IMG/VR virus record: IMGVR_UViG_3300022660_000071
Direction: 5' to 3' (one strand)
Source of the DNA: an uncultured virus (IMG/VR IMGVR_UViG_3300022660_000071)
Taxonomy: Duplodnaviria > Heunggongvirae > Uroviricota > Caudoviricetes
DNA: 64,000 bases
Every line of letters begins with the position of its first letter. Within the stretch, counting starts at the first letter, position 1. The notes under the pieces were generated by a model. The model did no database searches, was not told where the DNA came from, and saw nothing but the letters and a program-made list of their open reading frames with translations. Positions 20,150-29,991 of the stretch are shown here, in pieces. The position numbers and the translations under genes are program-made.

Positions 20150-20596
20150 CTAATCTTCATAGTAAGTTAAATGTCCATCAAGTAACTTTTTAACAGACCT
20201 TGCATAAGAGCAGCCTCGAAATTCGTCAATAAATGCATCCATATCTTCGAATGCTTCTGCATCGGCTTTATGAAGCATTTCATAAACCTCGTTTGCTTCC
20301 CTAAGAGTAGCTATAAATTGTACATCATAGCTAGGGATACATACTAGTCCGTCTTTTACACCGTATTCACCCTCACCAAGAGAAATTAAACCGACATTTA
20401 ATTTACCTCTATTTGTTGGTATCCAACATGTTTTAATTAAAGTGAAATCACCTTCTTGATCAGGTCCAACCTCATCTACATATTCCTGTACAGTATTATT
20501 AGCGTTAAAGTATTCAGTTAAGCTTGTCTTAGTGTCCCACATTGTTTCATAAAGTTTAAATTCTTCATGTAATTTTAAATTTGTAAATTTTTTCAT
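20150..20596 (-). CDS. Hypothetical late protein (possible head-internal protein)
   Basis: Own GCTAAATTA motif and terminator; N-terminal LHEE/LYE/LTE motifs. Confidence 0.6.
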   Translation of the reverse strand: MKKFTNLKLHEEFKLYETMWDTKTSLTEYFNANNTVQEYVDEVGPDQEGDFTLIKTCWIPTNRGKLNVGLISLGEGEYGVKDGLVCIPSYDVQFIATLREANEVYEMLHKADAEAFEDMDAFIDEFRGCSYARSVKKLLDGHLTYYED

Positions 20597-20665
20597 AATA
20601 AACCTCTATATTAGAATTAATTACAATTAAGTAATCTAATTAATTTAGCATATATATGAATATTT

Positions 20666-21700
20666 TTAATTTCTATTACAAATCTGAAGCAAGTAAGCCT
20701 CCACAATAGCTTTTACAGAAGTATCATATTTAATAGCGCTTTTGATTTCTAAAAGCTTATTTGTGATATAGTTAAACCAGCTGAGTGCACCTTCAAATGA
20801 AGCAAGAAAACTAACGCTAACACTGTCTGTAGAATTTTCTAAATAAGCAGGAATATTTGTCGCGGCAATATTTTTAAACAAAGTATACTTAGTTAATTCA
20901 AGTACAAAGCTAAGGTAGTCATTAATAAACTGTTTTAGGTCCCTTCCTTCAATAGCTAGTGTTTCAATAGCAGCCAAAACGCCAGCACTATTAGCACTAA
21001 TTAAGAAATTAGTGAGTTTAAGCATTCTTTCAAAAGGCGCCTCACCAAGAACTACTTTGGTATTTTCAAGACTAAGATCATTAGAAAGGTCAGCACATTG
21101 GTCTAACATTGTAAGGGCTTCACGCATACAGCCATCGCAAAGTTTACTAATAAGTTCGCAAGTATCTTCGTAATTAATAAAGCCTTCTTGTTGACATACG
21201 TAAGCCAATCTAGCCCTAATTTCTTGCGCATCAATCTTAGCAATATTAAAACGTTGCATTCTATTTTGAATAGTCGCAGGAATCTTATTAGGCTCCGTAG
21301 TACAGAAGATAAAAATAGTATACTCAGGTGTTTCTTCAATTCCTTTTAGGAACGCTTGCCAGCCCGCAGAAGTAATAGCATGACATTCATCTATAATATA
21401 AATCTTATAATTACCAACAAGACTACGTTGATTTGCTGATTCAATGATAGCTCTAACTTGGTCAACTCCGCCTGCACCACTTGCAGCATCGATTTCAATT
21501 GGCTCACCAATGCCGCCGTTGATAGCCTTAGCAAAGCAGCGAGCCGTAGTTGTTTTGCCTGTTCCAGAAGGACCCGCAAAAAGATATGCATTCTTAAAGC
21601 TCTGCTTTTCCAACACTTTAGTAAGAATTTTTGTCGTTACACTTTGACCACAAATTTCAGAAAATGTTTGTGGACGATATTTTACAGCTAAACTTTTCAT
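20666..21700 (-). CDS. dnaX: DNA polymerase III gamma/tau-like clamp-loader ATPase
   Basis: LAVKYRPQTF, GPSGTGKTT, EIDAAS, IIDECH, CTTEP and GCMREAL. Confidence 0.92.
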   Translation of the reverse strand: MKSLAVKYRPQTFSEICGQSVTTKILTKVLEKQSFKNAYLFAGPSGTGKTTTARCFAKAINGGIGEPIEIDAASGAGGVDQVRAIIESANQRSLVGNYKIYIIDECHAITSAGWQAFLKGIEETPEYTIFIFCTTEPNKIPATIQNRMQRFNIAKIDAQEIRARLAYVCQQEGFINYEDTCELISKLCDGCMREALTMLDQCADLSNDLSLENTKVVLGEAPFERMLKLTNFLISANSAGVLAAIETLAIEGRDLKQFINDYLSFVLELTKYTLFKNIAATNIPAYLENSTDSVSVSFLASFEGALSWFNYITNKLLEIKSAIKYDTSVKAIVEAYLLQICNRN

Positions 21701-21754
21701 TGTATTTTTCCTTTATCTTTTTTGGAATATTTTTATATATTATATTATACAATA

Positions 21755-21783
21755 AAAAAGGACCCATTTTATTGGATCCTTTT
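21755..21783 (-). terminator. Intrinsic terminator
   Basis: Minus strand AAAGGATCCA-loop-TGGGTCCTTTTTT. Confidence 0.75.
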
Positions 21784-21787
21784 ATTT

Positions 21788-22153
21788 TTATAGCGCAGAA
21801 ATTTGTGTAAGTTGTGAAGAATCTAGCCAGCCGCTCCACATTAAGCTAAGGTCTTGCTTAGTATCAAAGTCAAAACCAATACTGTCTACATAAATCATAG
21901 GGCCAAGAGCTTTAGAAATATAAATTTTAAGATATTGAGTTTTTGGACAACTTCCATTATTCCAATTAACAGCCAAAACAGAATCAGTTATATTAACAAT
22001 ATTCAAAGGCAATTTAACTAAATAACAATGGTTAAGTTCATATGTAGGCTTAGAATATTTTTTAATATAAAAAGTATTTGTATTTGGGTCAAAATTATTT
22101 AAGTCAGCAAACTGACATTTTTCAAGTTGTTCTTTTATAATAGGTCTAATCAT
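21788..22153 (-). CDS. Hypothetical protein
   Basis: 121-aa ORF; ATGA overlap with the upstream gene. Confidence 0.65.
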   Translation of the reverse strand: MIRPIIKEQLEKCQFADLNNFDPNTNTFYIKKYSKPTYELNHCYLVKLPLNIVNITDSVLAVNWNNGSCPKTQYLKIYISKALGPMIYVDSIGFDFDTKQDLSLMWSGWLDSSQLTQISAL

Positions 22154-22497
22154 TCGTCTACCTCAATGGTGAGCTCCATAAGTCTTTTTTGTTCTGCAAG
22201 AGCTTTAAATAAAGTATCAAAATCAGGGTATTGTTCACCACCCCACCAATATTCAACAGCTTTTGTTTTCTTATCTTTGTGGCCATAGACATTGGCAATT
22301 TCTTTTTTAGCTTTTTCTTGGTCCGGATAGTCAAAAAATGGATAGTCCTTAAATTCTACTTTAGCTGCAGAAATAAATTTCATATTCCTAAGCTGAAGAC
22401 TCCTTTGCCACATATAAAGCAAGCTATCCTGAGCCTGTATTCTACTATATTCATCGTTATCAAAATTATGATATAAAGTTAAAAATTTAATTTGCAT
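22150..22497 (-). CDS. Hypothetical protein
   Basis: 115-aa ORF with GGAG RBS and upstream promoter motif. Confidence 0.65.
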   Translation of the reverse strand: MQIKFLTLYHNFDNDEYSRIQAQDSLLYMWQRSLQLRNMKFISAAKVEFKDYPFFDYPDQEKAKKEIANVYGHKDKKTKAVEYWWGGEQYPDFDTLFKALAEQKRLMELTIEVDE

Positions 22498-22590
22498 AAT
22501 ATAACTCCAAATTTATCTATATGTTATATTATACAATAAAAAGGCCTGAAATTAATCAGACCTTTTGAATTTAACACGCTAAGTTTACAA

Positions 22591-22896
22591 TTATTCTGCC
22601 AAGGCTGTTATCGTAAAATCAACAGTATAGTCAGAAAGTATTCTTGTAATTTTACCCATATTTGTTTTACAAAGACCATTTACTAGCTCAACTACTTGCG
22701 ATGTAGTAGTTTCAGCATTAATTACTGCTTCTTTAACCACTTCCCAAGTAGCTTCGCTTAGAGCAAAACCACTTTCATAGCCAAGTCTATTTTCGATATA
22801 GTCGTCTATAGCAGCATTTACGTCAAGAGCTTCACACTCATAGGGGTCAGTTTTACGTGTTTCGATTCTAACATTAATATTAGTTGGTGTGGGCAT
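22591..22896 (-). CDS. Hypothetical late protein, paralog of 22964..23239
   Basis: LSEATWEVVK...VELVNGLCK...KITRI; own GCTAAATTA motif. Confidence 0.65.
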   Translation of the reverse strand: MPTPTNINVRIETRKTDPYECEALDVNAAIDDYIENRLGYESGFALSEATWEVVKEAVINAETTTSQVVELVNGLCKTNMGKITRILSDYTVDFTITALAE

Positions 22897-22963
22897 ATTA
22901 ATAAATCTCCTTAATTATAATTATCTAATCTAAATAATTTAGCTAACATTTTTAGATATATTT

Positions 22964-23239
22964 TTAAAATACTTGAGTAGTTACTTTAGTAATTTTATAT
23001 AGGGCATTTTTGCACGCACAATTTATTAGCTCTACTAAATACGAGTCAAAAATAGTTTCTGACTCCATAGCTTCTATTTTAATCGCTTCCCACGCAGCAG
23101 TACTCAAATAAAACATTTTTAAAGGTATTAAAACTTTCTCTACATAATATACTAATGCAGCTTTCACTGTTTCTGCGTTATCTACTTTAACAACTTTATT
23201 TCTAATATTTGCTGTAGTTATTTCTACTTTCATAGTCAC
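22964..23239 (-). CDS. Hypothetical late protein, paralog of 22591..22896
   Basis: LSTAAWEAIK...VELINCACK...KITKV; own GCTAAATTA motif. Confidence 0.65.
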   Translation of the reverse strand: MTMKVEITTANIRNKVVKVDNAETVKAALVYYVEKVLIPLKMFYLSTAAWEAIKIEAMESETIFDSYLVELINCACKNALYKITKVTTQVF

Positions 23240-23273
23240 TTACCTCTAAAGCTTTACTTTAATAATTTAGCAA

Positions 23274-23666
23274 TTAAATATTCTCATCTAAAGTATTAAG
23301 ATGATTAAGAAGTTCTAAAAATAAATACTCATCAATAATATAATGATTTTCTTCACCCGGACCAAAATTGAACACTACTGCTTGATGCGGAGTGCCCGTC
23401 AAAAGACATTCCTGACGATTTTTTTCAAACCACTCTTTCTTAATAGAAATTGATTCCGAAGCAGAAGTCTTAGTCTTACACTCTAAAAGAAAGCTATTTT
23501 TTCCAGAAGTTAAAACGTCGCCTTTATCAAAAAGCGTCGCGCCACTATTTTTTTGAACTTTACCATTAACTGCCTTTGCAACAGTCTTTTCTTGTTTAGA
23601 CGAATAACTACGTGTAGGAAGAGGTTTTGCCCCTTCCTTATTTCGTTTTGCTGTACCTATAATCAT
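23274..23666 (-). CDS. PD-(D/E)XK Holliday-junction-resolvase-like nuclease
   Basis: QEK.VAK, NSGA...KGDV and LECKT; coupled to recA. Confidence 0.7.
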   Translation of the reverse strand: MIIGTAKRNKEGAKPLPTRSYSSKQEKTVAKAVNGKVQKNSGATLFDKGDVLTSGKNSFLLECKTKTSASESISIKKEWFEKNRQECLLTGTPHQAVVFNFGPGEENHYIIDEYLFLELLNHLNTLDENI

Positions 23667-24865
23667 TAAATTTCCTCAAGAAGAACTTTACGTTTTGCTT
23701 CATCCTCTTGGGGACGTTCAATAGCGTCTTCTTCAGCTTCAATAGCTTTAAGCGATTCTTTATCAAGAACTGACTTATCATTAGAAGCAGAAATAAATTC
23801 TTTAATCATCGCAAGATATTTATCTCTGAAAGTATCATGAGTCTTTAGATAGTCAATAATAAATGCTTTCTTACCTTGAAGAGTTTCACCAGTCTCAGAG
23901 TCGGTAATAATTTCACCGGTAGACAAATTTACAAGAGCATAAGTAACGTTATTAAGTCTCTTAATAAAATCAAATTGAAGTGCTACGTCGATAAGGTCAT
24001 TTACGGTATCAGCACCAGATTCATACTTATAAGTAATAAAACCGCCGCCTCTATTACAAGCACAGGTCTTATTCTTAGTAATCTTAAACTTAAGTCTGAA
24101 ACCATCTGCGCCTTCGCCGTCGTCACCCTTAATTTCATCGCCTTCTTTCATAAATACACGTTTACCAAAACGAACTTTAACCGATGCATAATAACGAGGA
24201 GCGTCGCCACCGGGTTCTTTATATATAGCTGCGCCCGTAAAAGTTGTACCTGCTACACGGACTTGGTTAATCATAATCATAATATTGCCATTACGTGCAA
24301 GTTTATCACACATAGTAGGACAGAACTTGTGAAGTCCTTTCGCCATATTACCACGCATGCCCATATCTTTAGTGAATTCATTTTCCATAATAGATTGTGG
24401 AACAAGTGCAGGAATAGAGTCAAGAACAATAAGACCGATATCATCAGTATCTTCAAGTTCAAGAATCATTTCAAGAATCTGTTCACCAGACATACCTTCA
24501 GGACTAATATAGTAAAGCTTATTAAGGTCGATACCGTTCATCAAAGCCTGGAACTGAAGGTCAAGTGAGTGCTCTACGTCGATATAAACACAAACTTTGT
24601 CAGGATTTTCACGTTGGTATGCAGCAAGTTCTGCGCAGGCAGCTGTAGTTTTACCTGAGTGTTCAAGCCCTGCATATACCATCATTCTACCATAAGGAAG
24701 ACCGCCATAGAGAGGATAGTCCATGCCCATCATACCAGAAGACAATCTTTTGTATACTGGTACAACATCTGATTTAATTACAAGGTTATTGTTATTATAT
24801 TCTTTGTTAAATTTTTTGGCGAAATCCGCCATAGTAAATGACTTCTTTTCTGTTTCTTTTGCCAT
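23666..24865 (-). CDS. recA: RecA/UvsX recombinase
   Basis: GGLPYGR, GLEHSGKTT, IDVEH, VLDSIPAL, INQVR and PGGDAPRYYASV. Confidence 0.95.
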   Translation of the reverse strand: MAKETEKKSFTMADFAKKFNKEYNNNNLVIKSDVVPVYKRLSSGMMGMDYPLYGGLPYGRMMVYAGLEHSGKTTAACAELAAYQRENPDKVCVYIDVEHSLDLQFQALMNGIDLNKLYYISPEGMSGEQILEMILELEDTDDIGLIVLDSIPALVPQSIMENEFTKDMGMRGNMAKGLHKFCPTMCDKLARNGNIMIMINQVRVAGTTFTGAAIYKEPGGDAPRYYASVKVRFGKRVFMKEGDEIKGDDGEGADGFRLKFKITKNKTCACNRGGGFITYKYESGADTVNDLIDVALQFDFIKRLNNVTYALVNLSTGEIITDSETGETLQGKKAFIIDYLKTHDTFRDKYLAMIKEFISASNDKSVLDKESLKAIEAEEDAIERPQEDEAKRKVLLEEI

Positions 24866-24877
24866 TTTATTACTCCT

Positions 24878-25021
24878 TTAGTTAATATGCTCTGCTATAT
24901 ATGAAATACACAATCGACGAATAAGCGCCGAAACAGTCGTTTCTTCTTTATTTGAAATTTCTTTTAGCTGATTCAAAAGCTCTTTAGATAATTTCAAAGT
25001 TATCATAGTTTGTTCTTTCAT
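24878..25021 (-). CDS. Small ribbon-helix-helix protein, 47 aa, not in ORF track
   Basis: Hand translation MKEQTMITLKLSKELLNQLKEISNKEETTVSALIRRLCISYIAEHIN; overlaps the end of the GIY-YIG gene. Confidence 0.65.
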   Translation of the reverse strand: MKEQTMITLKLSKELLNQLKEISNKEETTVSALIRRLCISYIAEHIN

Positions 25022-25730
25022 TAGCTGGTAGCCTTTCTAATATATTAATGAAAATTTCATAAAGCTTTTTATACGAATAGCAACAAAAATTCTTTTTTGT
25101 TTGTGTGGCTTCAGCCCTATCAAAAATCAAATGACGCTGCTCTTCAGTAAAGTACTTTGGAAATTTTTCATAAAGTGTAAACAGTTCTTGCCGCAGAATA
25201 GCTACTTTTCTTTTAGTATTTCGTGCAGCAGCTAAGTCTTTTTCGTGTTTTTCTGAATCTATTTTACGTTTATGTTGTGTTTTACGAAGTTGCGCTAATT
25301 TTTTAGCGTGTAGCTCAGGATCTTGCTGCATCCTCGCAATCCAATATTTAATACATTTTTTATTTGCTTCAATAGCAGCTTCTTTAGAAGCATAACGCAA
25401 ACGACCATCCCCGCCACGAGTTAAATTATAGCCACAGCATTCTGGATCACCGATATAGGTATGATATTTAGCAATCAGCTCCATTTCTTTTTGCTTGGCA
25501 TCATTTTCTGTTAAGCCTTCGTATAAAACAGTGTGCTCAAAATTGTCCCAACCATACTTTTCTATAGCTCTGGCGAAAACTTCTTGAGAATACTTTCCAT
25601 TTACATCTTTTCTAAGATAGCCATAACCATTTACACCCCACCGCTTTTGTGGTATTCTGCTGGTTATACCAAAGTATTTTTTATTATTAATTTTATTGGT
25701 ATGAACGTACACATAAAATGTTTGTTGCAT
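24984..25730 (-). mobile_element. Free-standing GIY-YIG homing endonuclease
   Basis: YVYVHTNKINNKKYFGIT, AIEKYG, E..LI and GYNLTRGGDG; start probably MQQTFY. Confidence 0.88.
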
Positions 25731-25818
25731 ATAAAATAAAGCTCCCATTAAATAATTTTTTTATCTATTTAATTTAGCTAATTTTTATATACAATTTATA
25801 TATTTTTTATATACAATA

Positions 25819-26307
25819 TTATTCAGCACTCATACTATTTGACAATTTCAGTTCTTGCATTTTACTCATTAAAATACTTTTGAGTGAATCGATCATTCTA
25901 AGTAGCATGTCTACTTTTGTTTTAACTAAACTTGCTACAAGGTCATAAAGACATTGAGCAACAATATTTTCAGAAATAGCCAAAGTTGTATTAGAATCTT
26001 TTACACCAGCAGTGCCTTCTTGTTCAACATAAGCGGTAGCATAAGCTTCTTTTTTAATCGCTTCTGCACAAGTTGCTTTAATACCGGATCTATCTCTAAG
26101 TTCACTTAAAGAATAAACTGCTAACTGTAACTTAAGAATGGAGTCTCTAAGCATTTCAATAGACATAGACTCTACGTTAAGTTGAATAAATTCTACAATA
26201 CGATTAGGCTCTTCAAAAGGTCCTGCGAGCATACTGTCAGCAATTTCCTTGATTTGCACATAAGTCATTTCAACCGCTTCAAGTGCTTTATTTAAATCAT
26301 TAGCCAT
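25819..26307 (-). CDS. Hypothetical helical protein, possibly UvsY-like recombination mediator
   Basis: All-helical 162 aa between recU and recA; mostly positional inference. Confidence 0.4.
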   Translation of the reverse strand: MANDLNKALEAVEMTYVQIKEIADSMLAGPFEEPNRIVEFIQLNVESMSIEMLRDSILKLQLAVYSLSELRDRSGIKATCAEAIKKEAYATAYVEQEGTAGVKDSNTTLAISENIVAQCLYDLVASLVKTKVDMLLRMIDSLKSILMSKMQELKLSNSMSAE

Positions 26308-26794
26308 TTAATACCTCCACTAAATAATTATAATCTGTTTCCATAAAAGTTCTAAGTTTCTTCGATGGAAGTGTTATAATATTATACAGTTTTTTATATG
26401 GTTTTTCATCATCAATCATTCTGAGGCCGATTGATTTTTCACCGTCATTTACCATTTTTTCCATTTCTTCGATAGACACCCAAATAACGACGTCTTTCTC
26501 ATAAAACCAAACTATAACACCCGGAAAAGTGCTTTTTAAACCTTTATAGTCTAATAAACGCTCATACTGAGGAATAGCATTAAATGGGATTGAAAGACCC
26601 TTATGAGCTTTACATTCAACCATTAACACACAACTGCCCGTATAACCAATAAAGTCGCACGGGTTAGCTGAGCCACCTCCAGCATAACCACTTTGCTGGT
26701 CTGGTAAACGATAAATTAGAGTATCTGGAAAACAACGTTTATAGTCTTGGTAAAAGCGTTGCTCGAATTTCTTACCAATATCTGTATTTGCCAT
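26300..26794 (-). CDS. recU: RecU-like Holliday junction resolvase
   Basis: GKKFE, YRLPD, NPCDF, ECKA and Q.ERL motifs. Confidence 0.75.
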   Translation of the reverse strand: MANTDIGKKFEQRFYQDYKRCFPDTLIYRLPDQQSGYAGGGSANPCDFIGYTGSCVLMVECKAHKGLSIPFNAIPQYERLLDYKGLKSTFPGVIVWFYEKDVVIWVSIEEMEKMVNDGEKSIGLRMIDDEKPYKKLYNIITLPSKKLRTFMETDYNYLVEVLNG

Positions 26795-27933
26795 TATTCT
26801 TTAGTCCTCGTTTCTGCTATAACATTACTGATAGTGCCACGATTAATAATAATTGATTTCTTATTACCGCAGTTCATAGTAATATGTTCGTTTTTACAAG
26901 AGTCGAGAACTGACTTAAGGTCAATCAAGTTTACACCCATAGAATAGCCGCCAGGAGTAACACTACCATTTTCAATAGTAATAACTTCCTTATTATCACC
27001 AGATAAATCAGAAATTGTAAGCTCTGTGTCAGTGAAATTTACTACAGCAGGAACGAAAGAAAGGTCAGCTTTTGCACTGCTATTTTTATAGAACATAAGA
27101 AGTCTTGCGATAGCTGCAGAAAGGTCAGTAGCAGACAAAACTAAGTTATGGTCATAAGTTTCTTTTACAAGATTTTTCATAGCATCACAAGGTGCTTTAA
27201 TTTTTTGAATACAAGTTTCGTCATTAAGAAGTCTGGTTGCTACGTAAATATCTTCAGTTTGGAATACTACAATAGGTTGAAGTGAGCTGTCTGCGTTTAC
27301 ATTGTGTCCATAAGACATCCAAACGTCGGTGCTGAAAAGCTTAAAGAGCTTAACTATTTTATCAGTAAGAAGAAGCTTAATAGGCTTTTCAAGAGTAAAT
27401 GCATTTACGCAGGCGCCAGTCGTAAAAGTAAAACAACCAGTTTCATCAACGTAATAATAACGTTGTAATTCATTAACGTCGAGCTTCTTAGCTTTTTGAA
27501 TTTCTTTACCATTAACATTAAGAATACTCATAAGAATATCATTAGTAATTGACATATCTACAGTTACTTGGTCCTTATCAAGCTTGATAATAGGCAATTT
27601 CATAAGCTGGTCATTTTCATAAATCATAGCCAACTTATAATTGCTCTTGCCGGCTTTTACTACTACGTTAGTATCATTAATCTTGAGTTCAAATTCTTCA
27701 GTATTAATACCAGAAATAAGATTTAAGAAAAGATTAGCATCAACAACAGCTCTAAATTCCGTAGGTGTTTCTAACTCAAACTTTACTGCACAATAATATT
27801 CTCTATTTGTCACTCTAAGGTATAGTGCAGTATCTTTTGCCGCGAGTTCAAGATTTGCAGCGGCCTTATCGAGACCAACAGCAACTAAAATTTTATTTGC
27901 AGCTTCTTGGAAATTTTTTGTCTTTAAAATCAT
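26794..27933 (-). CDS. dnaN: Sliding clamp, DNA polymerase III beta-like
   Basis: 379 aa with beta-clamp pattern (LYLRVTNREY, AVVDANLFLNLI, GVNLIDLKSVL); next to the polymerase. Confidence 0.75.
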   Translation of the reverse strand: MILKTKNFQEAANKILVAVGLDKAAANLELAAKDTALYLRVTNREYYCAVKFELETPTEFRAVVDANLFLNLISGINTEEFELKINDTNVVVKAGKSNYKLAMIYENDQLMKLPIIKLDKDQVTVDMSITNDILMSILNVNGKEIQKAKKLDVNELQRYYYVDETGCFTFTTGACVNAFTLEKPIKLLLTDKIVKLFKLFSTDVWMSYGHNVNADSSLQPIVVFQTEDIYVATRLLNDETCIQKIKAPCDAMKNLVKETYDHNLVLSATDLSAAIARLLMFYKNSSAKADLSFVPAVVNFTDTELTISDLSGDNKEVITIENGSVTPGGYSMGVNLIDLKSVLDSCKNEHITMNCGNKKSIIINRGTISNVIAETRTKE

Positions 27934-27989
27934 CTTTTAGTATTGCTCCTTTATTGTTTTTATATATTTATATTATACGGTAATATTTT

Positions 27990-28949
27990 CTAAAATTCAA
28001 GGTCGATGCCTTCGGTAATAGTTTTATAAATTGCTTCTTCAGGAAGTTCAGGGTGCTTTGCATAAAGTTTCTTAAATGCTTCATCTCTATCAAGTCCTTT
28101 ATCAGTAAGTTTTTTAAACTCAGACTGTACTGCTACAGCATATTCTGAAGTATACCATCTAGACTCGATAGCAGGGTCACATTTCATAGGAACGTCGATA
28201 TAAGGAGCAGCTGCATCAATCATAATTCTAGGAAGAATTTCTGAAGCTTGCTCTGCATAAAGAGCGGGACATTCTAACATAACTTCGTCGTGGATTGTCA
28301 TAACAAGTTTTGCATCAAGTTCCTTAAGCTCTTGGCTGTTGTGAATTTGAATCATTGCTAGTTTAGTTAAAGAGGCTGCGCTACCTTGAATTCTTGCATT
28401 AAGGCACTGTCTTTCAGCCTGAGCAATTCTACCTGTATTTGCTGATAGAATAATTCCTTCTTTTGCAGCAAGTTTAGCAAGTTCATCAAATTCTCTATTA
28501 TTTCTAGTTGCTTTTGCACGAGCTACCCACATAGTTAGCTTATCATCAACAAGCGGACGATTTTCACACCCAAGAATTGGATTGAAGGTTTTAGCTATCA
28601 AAGCTTCTGGATTTGCATATTCTGCTTCATAAGGATTTAAGAAATAATCAGTAAGATGTCTTCTTCTACCAGCCCAATCTTCTACATAACCGTGCTCTCT
28701 CAAGAACTGCTTAGAGCTATTAATAAGTTCTTCTACTTTAGGAAAGCTCTTAAAGAAGTTATCAAAAATTTCTTGCGCTTCTTGGTTTGTTTTATTAATA
28801 CGTTTTGCAAGCGTACTTGGGCCCATACCATAAGTACGCTAAGTTAATGCCAAAAGTACCATTTTTGCCACCGAACGTCTTTCTTTACCTTCTTTATTAA
28901 GAAGCTTAGCTGGCGACTTTACTTCAATAGTCTTATTAGCATATAACAT
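27990..28949 (-). CDS. polA: Family A DNA polymerase fragment 3 (motifs B and C), interrupted by in-frame TAG at 28839-28841
   Basis: AAGGAGGT RBS, ATG at 28949; MLYANK...RRSVAKMVLLALT*RTYGMGPSTLAK continues in frame to GYV..WAGRRR, NARIQGSAA and IHDE. Confidence 0.85.
28810..28844 (-). promoter_or_regulatory. Putative recoding (bypass) signal: ACT-TAG-CGT-ACT plus 9-bp hairpin
   Basis: Matched ACT codons flank the stop; AGCGTACTT (28840-28832) pairs with AAGTACGCT (28818-28810) around a 13-nt loop. Confidence 0.55.
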
Positions 28950-29001
28950 TAGCATCACCTCCTTAGTTTTAAAATATATAATATAATACAGTATATTAAG
29001 T

Positions 29002-29991
29002 TCAGTCTTTATATTTCCAAATAAATTTATGATATGTTTTGGCTTTGCCAGCACATACAGCATTTATCTTTTTTGCTACACCACGTTGTTTAGTGCTGTC
29101 GGTCGCTAACTGTCTAGACGCTTCGGCAGCGCTTTCAAACTCTGCAATGAAATTATTTTCTAAGTCATATTGTAAAACAGCTTTCGCTCTAGGCGTTTTG
29201 TTTTCTTGCTGAAGAATTTCTAGTGGCAGTTCCGCTAAATCAAAGTCTGTTTTATATCGCCAAATATAGCCATATGCGTGTCCTTTTTGTTCTTTGCATA
29301 CTAATAAAATTCTAGTATTGGCAGAATCCTGTAAGCTAAGCTCTTGTACAGCTTCAGAAGCAAATCGAAACGTTTTCCACAGCTTACCGGTATTTAAATC
29401 ATAAGCGTTAATAGGACTTAAATGCTTAGCCTTTGTTGCACGCAAAAGTTCTTTAGATTCTTCTGAAAAATGTTTTCCGTAAAAAGAATTTTTATCACCA
29501 GTGCGTTTAGACGCAGCGATACTTAATTTTGCTTTATGCTCATCAGATTTTGGCTTTCCTTTAATAGCAAGCCCTCGATTTATACAAAGCTGCGCATAAC
29601 GTTCTGGTTCTTCCTTTTTTAATCTTTGCCAAGCTGTTAAGTTACTTTCTTTAATACGCTGCTTAGTTTCTTCTGTATGCATATAGCCATGGATACCTTG
29701 ACCACCTTCAGTCATATTATAGCCTTGGCCATTTAGGTAGAACGTATTATAATATTTAATATAATATTGCTCTCGTTCGTCAATTAACTCTTCTAAAATA
29801 TCAGTTTCGATAAGCTTAAATTCAAAATTTTCAGCACCATACTTTCTGATAGCATTGTGAAGAACTTTACTATCGTTTACAGTGTAAACAAAATGTTCTT
29901 GCCAGCGTCGTTCTGCTCTGCCTTGCTTTGTTTGGCCAACATATTTTTTGTTGTTAACTAAGTTTGTTATTAAATAAATTACATATAACAT
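29002..29991 (-). mobile_element. GIY-YIG homing endonuclease inside the split polymerase locus
   Basis: VIYLITNLVNNKKYVGQT, GYNMTEGGQG, NUMOD3-like repeats and two NUMOD1/HTH-like domains. Confidence 0.92.

Noticed and set aside
23876..24568. 230-aa plus-strand ORF and the other plus-strand ORFs in the track
   Set aside because: They are antisense shadows of well-supported minus-strand genes such as recA, with no recognisable motifs
28839..28841. Genome-wide TAG reassignment (e.g. genetic code 15) as the explanation for the polymerase stop
   Set aside because: TAG terminates normal genes here (2400, 27990, 34428, 40699), long ORFs including the 2500-aa one are open in the standard code, and readthrough would add 3 residues to motif B
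28950..29063. N-terminal 38 codons of the track's 74-aa ORF 28839..29063
   Set aside because: They overlap the endonuclease end and promoter; the RBS supports a start at 28949
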